A DNA stretch of 64,000 nt, taken from Polyangiaceae bacterium (GTDB lineage Bacteria > Myxococcota_A > Polyangia > Polyangiales > Polyangiaceae). The position numbers were made by a program, and so were the translations under genes. The notes under the pieces were generated by a model, which made no database searches, was not told where the DNA came from, and saw only the letters and a list, made by a program, of their open reading frames with translations. Below, one piece after another: positions 29,066 to 39,426 of the stretch; positions within the stretch are counted from its first letter, which is position 1, and each line of letters opens with the position of its first letter. Where the stretch lies: the NCBI GenBank assembly GCA_044376115.1, contig JBILLK010000004.1:32001-96000 (forward strand). Direction: 5' to 3'.

Positions 29066-30622
29066 GTGCTCCTTCGCCCCCCGGCCGAGCAGCTGACCCT
29101 CCCGCTTCCGGACACGTCAGCGACCGGCGAACCCACTCGAATTCCGCGGGCCAAGCGGATCTTTGCGAACCGCAGCCTCAAGCTATCCCAGGTCGACTGG
29201 GTCGGCTTCGACATGGACTACACCTTGGCGATCTACCGCCAGGAGGAGATGGATCGGCTGAGCGTCGAGTGCACCTTGCGCAAGCTCGTCGCGCGCGGAT
29301 ATCCGCCGGAGATCTGCGATCTCGAATACCCCTACGACTTCCCGATCCGCGGCCTACTGATCGACAAGAAGCTCGGCAACATCCTAAAGATGGACCGCTT
29401 CAAACACGTCCAGAAGGGCTACCACGGGATGCGCAAGCTCGAGCGCGACGAGCTGCGTGCGCTTTACCAGTCGAAGCGCATACGCCCTCAGAACTCGCGC
29501 TACCACTGGGTGGATACGCTCTACGCCCTCTCGGAAGCGGCGATCTACGCCAAGATCATCGACTTCTTCGAGGGCCTCGGCCATCCGGTCGACTACGTTT
29601 CGCTGTTCACCGACATCCGCGAGTCGATTGACGAAGCGCACCGCGACGGAACCATCTTGGACGCTGTCGAGGCCGATCTTCCGCGCTATGTCGAACGAGA
29701 CCCGCTGCTCGCGCCGACGTTGCACAAGCTCCGCTCGGCGGGGAAACGGCTGTTTCTGCTCACCAACAGCCGTTGGCCGTTCACCCAAGCGATGATGACC
29801 TACCTGCTCGGGGACGCGTTGCCCGAGTATCCGAGCTTTCGTCACTTCTTCGATGTGATCGTCGTCGCTGCGGCGAAGCCAGCTTTTTTCCAGGAGTCGC
29901 GCGCGCTGATGATGCGCACCGTCGAAGGCGAGCTTCGGCCCGCCACCTTTCCGCTCGAACGCGGCGCCGTTCACGAGGGTGGCAACCTTCAGGATTTGGA
30001 ACGCGCGCTCGGTACCACCGGCGACCGCGTGCTCTACGTGGGCGATCACATCTACGGCGACATTCTTCGCTCCAAACGTGAGAGCGCCTGGCGCTCGGCG
30101 ATGGTGATTCAGGAGATGTCGGTCGAGGTCCTCGCCTCCGAGAAATGTCGCAGCGAGATGGACCGGGTGCATGAGCTCCACAACCGCCGCGAGGAGTTGG
30201 AGGACCAACTGCGGTTCTATCAGCTGCGGTTCAAAGAACTGACCCGCCAGATCGACGAGCACCTCCCCCGCCCTGCCGAGCCCGACGATTCGGTTGCGCC
30301 CGCTGCGCCCACGGAAGCGGCAACCAGTGAAGCAGCTCTCGCGCTCGAGATCGAACGTACGCGGGTCAAGCGCACAGTGGAACGGGTGCGCGGCCAGATG
30401 CGAACCATCGACCAGGAGGTCAGTGAACTGGAGCAGGTGATCGACGCCTGCTTCCACCCGTATTGGGGCTCACTGATGAAGGAGGCCGATGACCGCTCGA
30501 GCTTCGGCGATCAGGTGGAGGAGTACGCCTGCATCTACACCTCGCGCGTATCGAATTTTGCGGCGTACTCTCCGCTGCAACACTTCCGCAGCGGTCGCGA
30601 CCGCATGCCCCACGAGCAGTAG
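29066..30622 (+). CDS. HAD-IG family 5'-nucleotidase (cN-II-like)
   Basis: IFANRSL, GFDMDYTLAIY, LFLLTNS, KPAFF, YVGDHIYGDI, ACIYTSRVSN. Confidence 0.9.
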   Translation: MLLRPPAEQLTLPLPDTSATGEPTRIPRAKRIFANRSLKLSQVDWVGFDMDYTLAIYRQEEMDRLSVECTLRKLVARGYPPEICDLEYPYDFPIRGLLIDKKLGNILKMDRFKHVQKGYHGMRKLERDELRALYQSKRIRPQNSRYHWVDTLYALSEAAIYAKIIDFFEGLGHPVDYVSLFTDIRESIDEAHRDGTILDAVEADLPRYVERDPLLAPTLHKLRSAGKRLFLLTNSRWPFTQAMMTYLLGDALPEYPSFRHFFDVIVVAAAKPAFFQESRALMMRTVEGELRPATFPLERGAVHEGGNLQDLERALGTTGDRVLYVGDHIYGDILRSKRESAWRSAMVIQEMSVEVLASEKCRSEMDRVHELHNRREELEDQLRFYQLRFKELTRQIDEHLPRPAEPDDSVAPAAPTEAATSEAALALEIERTRVKRTVERVRGQMRTIDQEVSELEQVIDACFHPYWGSLMKEADDRSSFGDQVEEYACIYTSRVSNFAAYSPLQHFRSGRDRMPHEQ

Positions 30623-30624
30623 CC

Positions 30625-31620
30625 TCAGCTCTTGCTGCTCTTCTTGGCGGTGGTGGATTTTTTGGCGCCAGCCTTCTTGGTTTTGGCGCCCTTCTTCTGC
30701 TCGCCCTTGTCGTCGGACTTGGCGGACTTGGCGAGTTTGTCGCTGCCGTTCGCCTTTTCCTTCGCCTTCTTGGGCGGGAGCTTTACGAACAGCTTCTCGA
30801 TCCGAGCCTGCTCGTCGCCGCCGGCACAGCAGCGAAAGCCGGTGGAGTAGTCGTGGTACTTGCGATCGTGCGCCGTCGTCCGATAGTCGCAACCGGCGCC
30901 GTTGATCGAGGTATCCAGGTAGTAGCCCCCGCGGAAGGTCCCTTCTACGGCGGCCGTCCACTCGTGCAGATTGCCGACCATGTCGTAGACCTTCAGGCCC
31001 GTCTTGCACTTGGGGAAGGAACCGCTCTTGGCGAGTGAACCCTCGACCTGGTTGAGCCGCGGATCGTTCATGTTCTCGACGTTGTAGGCACTCGGCTCGG
31101 GCGGGGTGTTGTTGCCTGGCCCGAACAGCAGGTTGAAGCCCGAAACACCGCGGTCATTGCAAGCGCCGTCGACGCGCTCATTGCCGTACGGGTACTGCGT
31201 CGGCTTCTTTCCTTTGCACACACTGACCCATTCATCGTCGGTGCAAAGCCGCTTGCCCGCGTTGACGCAGGCGAGCTCCGCCTCGTCTCGGCTGATGTGC
31301 GCCTGCGGGACTTTGCCCTTCTCCGAGATGGCCATCACGTGCTCACCGGTCACGCCCTTGTAGGGCGAGTGCGAGCGCAGAACCTTCGGCCTGTGTTTTC
31401 CTCGGCGAGGCGCATCGACGATGACGGTGGCAGCCTCGTAGCGGTCGATGCAGAAGCCGGCCGCGATGCTGACCATGCCCTTGGGACACGAGCCCGCCTC
31501 GGCCGATGGCCAGGCCAAGCCGTCTCCCGGTTCCCAGTCTGCAGCCGGAGCAGGCAGAAGCAGACCGAGGGCCAGCGCGATGCCACCAACCGCGAGGCTT
31601 GCTGCTTTCATCCCGGACAT
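30625..31620 (-). CDS. Exported FGE-sulfatase (SUMF1/EgtB-like) domain protein with Lys-rich tail
   Basis: Signal peptide; CPKGM, FCIDRYEA, GKRLCT..EW, YPYG, YDMVGNLHEW, GFRCC. ATG at 31620 after AGGAG. Confidence 0.78.
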   Translation of the reverse strand: MSGMKAASLAVGGIALALGLLLPAPAADWEPGDGLAWPSAEAGSCPKGMVSIAAGFCIDRYEAATVIVDAPRRGKHRPKVLRSHSPYKGVTGEHVMAISEKGKVPQAHISRDEAELACVNAGKRLCTDDEWVSVCKGKKPTQYPYGNERVDGACNDRGVSGFNLLFGPGNNTPPEPSAYNVENMNDPRLNQVEGSLAKSGSFPKCKTGLKVYDMVGNLHEWTAAVEGTFRGGYYLDTSINGAGCDYRTTAHDRKYHDYSTGFRCCAGGDEQARIEKLFVKLPPKKAKEKANGSDKLAKSAKSDDKGEQKKGAKTKKAGAKKSTTAKKSSKS

Positions 31621-31734
31621 TCGACCTGCTCCTCTCTGGCAGCGCCGGGGGTCCCGGAGCGGCGCCATCCCTTTTGTCTCGCCGTCGACAAAAGCACAAC
31701 TTATACCGTGGTCCAACGTGCGAAAGACCAGCTT

Positions 31735-32865
31735 GTGACCTCGGAAAGACTGCGCGTCCTCTTCAAAAGCTCCGCCGCCGACTTCGTGGTCAACGAGCTG
31801 CCCGCGTACCCCGCTTCTGGCGCTGGGGACCACGTCTTTGTGCGTTTTACCAAAGAGAACCTCACCACCGATGAGGCCGTTCGCGCGATTTGTCGCGCGC
31901 TACGCGTCAACCCGCGCGATGCCGGCGTTGCAGGCGTCAAAGATCGCGTCGCCGTTTCGTCGCAGACCGCCAGTTTTTTGATGCCGAAGGGCGATCCGGA
32001 GGCCCTGCTCAGCGGCTTGGCGCAACCGGGCCTCACAATCGACTCGGTGACTCGTCACGGGCACAAGCTGAAGGCCGGGCACCTGGCCGGAAACCGTTTT
32101 GCCGTCTGTCTTCGGCCCCATCCGGCGGGCGGAGGAGCCGCCCTTGAAGCGGCGCTGAGCCCGGGCCTTTCCGCAGCTGCTCGGCACGGTGTGCCCAACG
32201 CCTTCGGTGCCCAGCGTTTTGGCCGGGCTGGCGATAACGCAGCCTTTGCCGCGCGCTTCGTCCAAGGCGAGGTCGCACCACCGCGCGACAAGAAGCGGGC
32301 GCGCTTCATGTTCTCGGCCCTGCAAAGCGAACTCTTCAACCAGCTCTTGGAGTTGCGTCGCGAGAACGGCACCTGGGGCAAGGTCCTGCCGGGGGATGTC
32401 GCCAAAAAGGAGGAGAACGGAGCCCTCTTCGACGTTCCTCTCGAGGGGCCCGAGCTCGCGGATGCAGTTGCGCGTGCCGAGGATTTACGGATCGCAGCGA
32501 CTGGCCCGATGTTTGGCGCCTCGATGCGCAAGCCGCAGGGCGAGCCAGCCGAATGGGAGGCTGCGATCCTGGCGAAGTCGGGGATCGAGGAGGCCGCCTG
32601 GTCGCACCACCGGCACCTGGGAGAAGGGACGCGCCGAAGCCTTCGCCTGTTGGTCGAAGAGCTTACCTGGCGGGCTGAGGGCGAGAACCTGGTCGTCGAA
32701 TTCGTGCTCGGCAAAGGGTCCTACGCCACGACCTTCCTCGACAGCCTGTGTGAACTGGTCGAGCCCCCGCGTGCCACCGCGCCCCAAGGAACGGCCGAAA
32801 GCCCAGATTCTGGCGGCCCGGGCCCCGATGAAGCGGGGGCTGAACAAGATGAGAGCGGATCGTGA
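31735..32865 (+). CDS. truD: tRNA pseudouridine(13) synthase
   Basis: DFVVNE, GDH, AGVKDRVAVSSQ (catalytic Asp), GHLAGNRF, PNAFGAQRFG, SALQSELFN, LGKGSYAT. Start uncertain (31708 or 31735). Confidence 0.9.
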   Translation: MTSERLRVLFKSSAADFVVNELPAYPASGAGDHVFVRFTKENLTTDEAVRAICRALRVNPRDAGVAGVKDRVAVSSQTASFLMPKGDPEALLSGLAQPGLTIDSVTRHGHKLKAGHLAGNRFAVCLRPHPAGGGAALEAALSPGLSAAARHGVPNAFGAQRFGRAGDNAAFAARFVQGEVAPPRDKKRARFMFSALQSELFNQLLELRRENGTWGKVLPGDVAKKEENGALFDVPLEGPELADAVARAEDLRIAATGPMFGASMRKPQGEPAEWEAAILAKSGIEEAAWSHHRHLGEGTRRSLRLLVEELTWRAEGENLVVEFVLGKGSYATTFLDSLCELVEPPRATAPQGTAESPDSGGPGPDEAGAEQDESGS

Positions 32866-32919
32866 AGTCTGGACGCAGAACAGACTCGACTTTGTTGAAC
32901 TTCAGTTGCAAGAAGAACC

Positions 32920-32960
32920 TGGAAATGACTCGTGCTGCGACTCCCAAGGAGTCATTTCCA
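32920..32960. repeat. Perfect 12-bp inverted repeat sharing the AATGACTC core of the tRNA-adjacent repeats
   Basis: TGGAAATGACTC-N17-GAGTCATTTCCA, 19 bp before the exbB/tolQ-like ATG; the left arm continues GTGC as in AATGACTCGTGCC. Confidence 0.75.
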
Positions 32961-32979
32961 CGAAAGGCATTGATCTCCG

Positions 32980-33747
32980 ATGAACTTGGTTGAGTGGCTA
33001 AAGCGCGTAATGGTGAGCACGGGCGCGGAGTGGGTCATGTGGCTCCTGATCGCCCTGTCGATTGCCTCGGTTGCCATCATTCTGGAGCGGGCTTGGTTCT
33101 TCAACTCCGTGAAGGATGATCTGGCCAAGCTCTCGCGCGATCTGCAGAACACCCTGGGAGAGTCGCTGGAAGCCGCCAAAAAGCGGATGTCCCAATCGCC
33201 CTCCGCGGAAGCGGCCGTGGTGAGCGCGGGGCTCTCGGTCGCTCAGTTCGGCGTTGAAGCGTCGGAGAGCGCGATGGAGGGTGCGATCGCCATCCAAAAG
33301 ATGAAGCTCGAGCGGCGGCTGGCCTTCCTCTCGACGCTCGGCAACAACGCGCCCTTCATCGGGCTGCTCGGAACCGTTATCGGCGTCGTCATGGCGTTCG
33401 ACGCTCTAGGGCGTCAGACGGCCGAGGTCGGCGCCGCGGCGCAACAAATGGCTCCGCAGGCGGTCATGGCCAGCATCGGTGAAGCGCTCGTGGCGACTGC
33501 CGTCGGCATCGCGGTGGCCATCCCGGCCGTTGCCGCCAACAACTTGTTCCAGCGTATGACGCGCGCCACGCTCGCCAACACCGAGGCACTCTCAGGGCTT
33601 CTGTTGGTGCACCTCCGCGGCAACCCGGAGCTCGGCGCCGTCGAGGCCGAGCCGGTCAAGCCGGCCGCTAAGAAGGAAGAGCCCAAGAAGGAGCGCGCCA
33701 ACAAGAAGAGCGAGAAAAAGGCTGATCCGGACGCGGAGGAGAGCTGA
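32980..33747 (+). CDS. MotA/TolQ/ExbB proton-channel protein
   Basis: Three TM segments; STLGNNAPFIGLLGTVIGV and IGEALVATAVGIAVAIPA. Confidence 0.93.
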   Translation: MNLVEWLKRVMVSTGAEWVMWLLIALSIASVAIILERAWFFNSVKDDLAKLSRDLQNTLGESLEAAKKRMSQSPSAEAAVVSAGLSVAQFGVEASESAMEGAIAIQKMKLERRLAFLSTLGNNAPFIGLLGTVIGVVMAFDALGRQTAEVGAAAQQMAPQAVMASIGEALVATAVGIAVAIPAVAANNLFQRMTRATLANTEALSGLLLVHLRGNPELGAVEAEPVKPAAKKEEPKKERANKKSEKKADPDAEES

Positions 33748-34175
33748 TGGCTGCCTCCAGTCAAGACGAAGAAGGCGTCATTTCGGGCATCAACGTCACG
33801 CCCCTCGTCGACATCTGCTTGGTGCTGCTGATCATCATGATGGTCACGGCGCGCATCATCGCGAACCTGCAGATCTCCTTGGACCTGCCGAAGACCAAGT
33901 CGGGAGCGGACCAACAGGTTCTGTTCGGGGTGGATTTGGCAGCCAACGGCGAGACCATCGTGGACGGTCAAAAGCTCGAGAACCCGGCAGTCATCCGCGA
34001 CATGGCCCAAGAGGCCTTCCGCAACAACCCCGAGCTTCGGGCCACCATTCGTGCAGAGGCCGCGGTTCCGCACGGTCGCGTGATGGAAGCGGTGGACTAT
34101 CTCAAAGACGCTGGCATAACCAAGATCGCCTTCGGGACAGCCCCCAAGGTCGAAGCCCCAGCCGGTTCAAAGTAA
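33747..34175 (+). CDS. ExbD/TolR biopolymer transport protein
   Basis: INVTPLVDICLVLLIIMMV with the conserved TM Asp; IRAE..VPHGRVM. Confidence 0.93.
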   Translation: MAASSQDEEGVISGINVTPLVDICLVLLIIMMVTARIIANLQISLDLPKTKSGADQQVLFGVDLAANGETIVDGQKLENPAVIRDMAQEAFRNNPELRATIRAEAAVPHGRVMEAVDYLKDAGITKIAFGTAPKVEAPAGSK

Positions 34176-34181
34176 AGGAGC

Positions 34182-35081
34182 ATGTTGATGAACGGCGCCC
34201 AAGCAGTGGCCATCGCGCGTAGCCCCCGCTACACCGACCCGGTCTTGGGGTCGGTGCTCGACTTCGGTCGAGACAACGTGCGAGTCGGGTGGAGCGTTGG
34301 GCTCGGCGCAGCCGGGCTCCTTTACGGCTACCTCATTTTCCGCCTGCTAACGGCGCTGCTCGACATGCAGGACTGGGTCGAGAGCAGCCGCATGGGGATG
34401 GATAAATACTTCTGGTCGACCTACGAGGTGGACACCTCCGAGTCGAAGGCGAAGGCCAAGGAAGCTCCCAAGGAGGAGGCCAAGGTCGAGGAGCCGCAAG
34501 CCGAGGAGGTCGAGCCGACGAAGACCCAGCCGGTGGCCAACGTACAGCGGCCCGCTGCCACGACTCAGCAGCCGACCCAGCCGACCGACCCGTACGATAA
34601 CGTTGAGACCAAGTCGGCGGGCGGAGGCGGCGAGATCGACCACACCGCGGATGGCGCGTACGAGCACGGCTCCGGTGAAGGCGACGGCGTAGGCACAGGC
34701 AAGGGCAAAGGCTTTGGGAAGGGTGAAGGCGGCGGAAAAGGCACCGCTAGCGTGAACAATCCCCCTCCCGGTCCGCCGCCCGGTCCGCCCCCTGTCGATC
34801 GCAGCGCGCCTGCCACGCTGGTGGGCTCGAAGTCCTGGAACTGCCCTTTCCCGCCCGAGGCGGACGCGGCCGGCAAAGACAACGCGACGGTGCAGCTCGT
34901 CGTCACCGTCGGTGCGAACGGCAGCGCGGAAGGCGTGAAGCTGATCGCCGATCCTGGCAACGGCTTTGGTCGAGCCGCACGCAGCTGCGCGCTCGCCCGC
35001 AAGTACAAGTCCGGCTTGGATCGCGACGGCAACCCCACGCGCACCTCCACCCCGCCGATCACCGTTCGCTTCTCGCGTTGA
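34182..35081 (+). CDS. TonB-like energy transducer
   Basis: N-terminal TM helix, Glu/Pro/Gly-rich linker, C-terminal FPPEA...V.L.V.V..NG....FGRAA...ITVRF domain; follows exbB/exbD; GGAG RBS. Confidence 0.8.
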   Translation: MLMNGAQAVAIARSPRYTDPVLGSVLDFGRDNVRVGWSVGLGAAGLLYGYLIFRLLTALLDMQDWVESSRMGMDKYFWSTYEVDTSESKAKAKEAPKEEAKVEEPQAEEVEPTKTQPVANVQRPAATTQQPTQPTDPYDNVETKSAGGGGEIDHTADGAYEHGSGEGDGVGTGKGKGFGKGEGGGKGTASVNNPPPGPPPGPPPVDRSAPATLVGSKSWNCPFPPEADAAGKDNATVQLVVTVGANGSAEGVKLIADPGNGFGRAARSCALARKYKSGLDRDGNPTRTSTPPITVRFSR

Positions 35082-35138
35082 ACGTGGGCGCGCACTCCAA
35101 CTTGGCCAAGCCTGCACGAAGCCGTAAGCTCTGACGAC

Positions 35139-35612
35139 GTGGAGCTTTCAGAACGCGTCGAACGACTGGCCAAGGTTGCCCTATTTGCGGGACTGACGCG
35201 CCCTGCCCTCGAGATGATCGGCCGAATCGCGAAGGAGGAGGCACACTCGCTGGGGACCTTGATCTTCGAGCACGGCCAGCTGGGCGATAAGCTCTACGTG
35301 ATCCTCGAGGGTCGCATCCGCATCAGCCGCAACGTACCGGGCATGGGCGAAGAAGCGCTCGCGGTGCTCGGGCCCGGCGCAGTGTTCGGCGAAATGGCCT
35401 TGATCGATGCGGCTCCGCGCTCAGCCGATGCCCGCGTCCACGAGCGTTGCAAGCTCTTGTCACTGCCGCGAGACGCCTTCGAGGACCTGCTGTTCCTCCA
35501 CAAAGACCTCGCTTACGAAGTGCTGTGGAGCTTCGTCAGCATGCTGACCGTGCGGCTCCGTGAGACCAACGATAAGCTCACCTTTCTCTCGGTCACCGGC
35601 AAGTTCGAGTAG
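35139..35612 (+). CDS. Stand-alone cyclic-nucleotide-binding domain protein
   Basis: LFAGL, IFEHG..GDKLYVILEG, VFGEMALIDAAPRSA, RLRETN; no HTH. Confidence 0.88.
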   Translation: MELSERVERLAKVALFAGLTRPALEMIGRIAKEEAHSLGTLIFEHGQLGDKLYVILEGRIRISRNVPGMGEEALAVLGPGAVFGEMALIDAAPRSADARVHERCKLLSLPRDAFEDLLFLHKDLAYEVLWSFVSMLTVRLRETNDKLTFLSVTGKFE

Positions 35613-35636
35613 CCCAAAGCGGGCTTGCCCGCTGCG

Positions 35637-35665
35637 TTCCGCCGAAGAGTTGGCACGAGTCATTC
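35637..35665. repeat. Solo copy of the tRNA-adjacent repeat motifs upstream of purF
   Basis: TTGGCACGAGTCATTC (35650-35665) is the exact reverse complement of GAATGACTCGTGCCAA at 6636 and 6687; TTCCGCCGAAG (35637-35647) matches the hairpin unit. Confidence 0.75.
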
Positions 35666-35690
35666 GAACTTCCGTGCTAAGAGGAGCCGC

Positions 35691-37157
35691 ATGTGCGGCG
35701 TCTTCGGAATTTGGGGCCACTCTGAAGCGGCCAACATTGCGTATTTGGGCCTTCATGCGCTGCAACACCGCGGGCAAGAGTCGGCTGGCATCGCTTCGAC
35801 CGACGGTGACCGGCTGTACGCGCATCGCGTGATGGGGCTGGTGCAGGCCGGCTTCCAGCAACAGGACTTGAAGCAGCTGCGCGGTGAGGCGGCGATCGGG
35901 CACGTCCGCTACTCCACCGCTGGCTCGTCGCATTTGCGCAACGCTCAGCCGTTGGCAGTCGACTACGCCCACGGCTCGATCGCCCTGGCGCACAACGGCA
36001 ACCTCACCAACCACGAGGCGCTCCGCACCGAGCTCGAGGCCAAAGGGTCGATCTTTCAAAGCGGCACCGACACCGAGACGATCGTCCACTGTTTTGCCCG
36101 CTCCCATGAAAGCACCGCTGAAGATCGCTTGGTGGACGCGCTGCGCAAGGTCGAGGGCGCTTACTCGCTGGTGGCGCTGACCGAGAAGAAGTTGATCGCC
36201 GTTCGGGATCCGGTCGGGAACCGGCCGTTGGTCTTGGGCACGCTCACCAAAGGCGATCGAACGATGACGGTGATCGCGAGTGAGCCCACCAGCTTCGATT
36301 TGATCGGTGCCGAGCTGGTGCGAGACGTTGCTCCGGGCGAGATGATCGTGGTCGATAGCCATGGGCTGCGCTCGTCCTTCCCGTTCGAGCCGCGACCGCG
36401 CGCGATGTGCCTGTTCGAGTACGTCTACTTCGCGCGGCCCGACGCCATGGTTGACGGGGTCAGCGTCTACAACGTCCGCAAAGCGCTCGGTCGCAAGCTG
36501 GCGCAAGAGCACCCGATCGCGGACGGCGAGGCCGAGGCCATCGTAGTGCCCGTCCCCGACTCTGGCGTACCCTCGGCCATCGGTTACGCCGAGGCCTCCG
36601 GCGTGCCTTTTCAGGTCGGGTTGATTCGCAGCCACTACGTCGGCCGAACCTTCATCGAGCCGCAGGAGACGATCCGAGACTTTGGTGTGCGACTGAAGTT
36701 GCATCCCAACCGCGCAGCCCTCGAAGGCCGACGCGTGGTGGTCGTGGACGACTCGATCGTGCGCGGCACCACGAGTCGCAAGATCGTGAAGATGATCCGT
36801 GAGGCAGGCGCACGTGAAGTCCACTTCCGCGTGGCGAGCCCTCCCACGAAGTGGCCTTGTTTTTACGGCATTGCGACGCCGACCCGCCAAGAGCTGATCG
36901 CCAACACCCACAACGAGTCGGCCTTGGCCGACTACCTCGCGGCCGACAGCGTGGGCTACTTGTCCTTGGACGCCCTGGTCGATGCCGTGCGCGGGGAGGA
37001 GCGAAGCGAGCAGGCGCGCCGAGGCGGGCCCACGAGCGACGCACCGGAGACCGCTTCGTTGCGCGGCTTCTGTCACGCGTGCTTCTCCGGCGAGTACCCC
37101 ATCCCGATCCCTCGCGCATCCGGAGATCGCGGCGGTCTGCTGAAGACGATCGCGTAG
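35691..37157 (+). CDS. purF: Amidophosphoribosyltransferase
   Basis: N-terminal MCGVFG after [68 protein letters not shown]. Confidence 0.98.
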   Translation: MCGVFGIWGHSEAANIAYLGLHALQHRGQESAGIASTDGDRLYAHRVMGLVQAGFQQQDLKQLRGEAAIGHVRYSTAGSSHLRNAQPLAVDYAHGSIALAHNGNLTNHEALRTELEAKGSIFQSGTDTETIVHCFARSHESTAEDRLVDALRKVEGAYSLVALTEKKLIAVRDPVGNRPLVLGTLTKGDRTMTVIASEPTSFDLIGAELVRDVAPGEMIVVDSHGLRSSFPFEPRPRAMCLFEYVYFARPDAMVDGVSVYNVRKALGRKLAQEHPIADGEAEAIVVPVPDSGVPSAIGYAEASGVPFQVGLIRSHYVGRTFIEPQETIRDFGVRLKLHPNRAALEGRRVVVVDDSIVRGTTSRKIVKMIREAGAREVHFRVASPPTKWPCFYGIATPTRQELIANTHNESALADYLAADSVGYLSLDALVDAVRGEERSEQARRGGPTSDAPETASLRGFCHACFSGEYPIPIPRASGDRGGLLKTIA

Positions 37158-37192
37158 TTGACTGGGGCCGGCCGCTTGGTCACGATGGTCGG

Positions 37193-38146
37193 ATGTCTGC
37201 GCCGGCTGAGCTCCTGAGCCTCACACCTGATGCCGTCAGCGTGTACGAGGTTGGGCTGCGCGACGGCCTGCAGAACGAGCCACTGGTTGTGCCGACCGAG
37301 GGCAAATTGCGTTTGGCGCAGGCCCTGGTCGACGCCGGGCTCAAGCGCATCGAGGCAACGAGCTTCGTATCACCCAAGTGGGTGCCGCAGCTCTCCGACG
37401 CCAGTGAACTCGCCACTGCGCTGAAGGGCTTTGCGGAAGGTGTCAGCTTCAGCGCGCTCGTCCCCAACGAACGTGGACTCGAGCGAGCGAGCCAGGCTGG
37501 GCTGCGCGAGGTCGCCGTGTTCATGTCGGCGAGCGAGACGCACAACCGGGCGAACATCAACAAGAGCGTCGAGAGCACGCTTGGCTTGTTCGAGGAGTTG
37601 GTGCCCCAGGCTCTAGCGCTTGGTCTGCGCGTGCGTGCGTACGTTTCAACGGTTTGGGGCTGCCCCTACGAGGGCGACATCCCCATAGCGAACTCGGTCG
37701 AGATCGCGACGAAGCTGTTCTCGCTCGGGTGCTACCAAGTCTCCCTCGGCGACACGATCGGCGTCGGGACGCCGCGTCAGACCTTGAACATTGTGCAAGC
37801 AATGTTGCAGAACCTTCCCCGTGAGGCCGTGGCGCTGCACTTCCATGACACCCGCGGGACCGCGCTGGCCAACGTATTGATGGGGCTCGAGTGCGGTATC
37901 AGCACCTTTGACTCGTCGGTGGGCGGCTTGGGCGGCTGCCCCTATGCTCCGGGAGCCAGCGGCAACCTCGCAACCGAGGACCTCGTCTACATGCTCGACG
38001 GCATGGGTGTTTCGAGTGGCGTGGCGCTCGAGCCTTTGGTCGCCGCAGGCACGCTGGCCGCGCAGTTGCTCGGTCGCAAGCTACCCGGCAAGGTTCATCA
38101 AGCAGGGCCATTCCGCCGAAGGCCGTTCGCTCAGACCTCGCGGTAA
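37193..38146 (+). CDS. Hydroxymethylglutaryl-CoA lyase
   Basis: EVGLRDGLQNE, SFVSPKWVPQ, GCPYEG, LGDTIG, HFHDTRG, GGLGGCPYAPGASGNLATEDL. Confidence 0.94.
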   Translation: MSAPAELLSLTPDAVSVYEVGLRDGLQNEPLVVPTEGKLRLAQALVDAGLKRIEATSFVSPKWVPQLSDASELATALKGFAEGVSFSALVPNERGLERASQAGLREVAVFMSASETHNRANINKSVESTLGLFEELVPQALALGLRVRAYVSTVWGCPYEGDIPIANSVEIATKLFSLGCYQVSLGDTIGVGTPRQTLNIVQAMLQNLPREAVALHFHDTRGTALANVLMGLECGISTFDSSVGGLGGCPYAPGASGNLATEDLVYMLDGMGVSSGVALEPLVAAGTLAAQLLGRKLPGKVHQAGPFRRRPFAQTSR

Positions 38147-38173
38147 TGACTCGATTCTAGTAGCCTTGGGCGT

Positions 38174-39376
<1,203 letters not shown>

Positions 39377-39426
39377 AGGGCGTCGTCGCAAGGCGCCGTT
39401 AACCGAACGACGAGCCTACGCCGCGA

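Noticed and set aside
31297..31833. Overlapping N-terminal extensions of truD and the FGE-domain gene
   Set aside because: Homology and RBS evidence place the starts near 31735 and at 31620, leaving a normal divergent intergenic region.
35651..35667. Sigma54 promoter upstream of purF (TGGCACG)
   Set aside because: The -12 position reads TC, and the sequence is better explained as an exact copy of the dispersed repeat motif.
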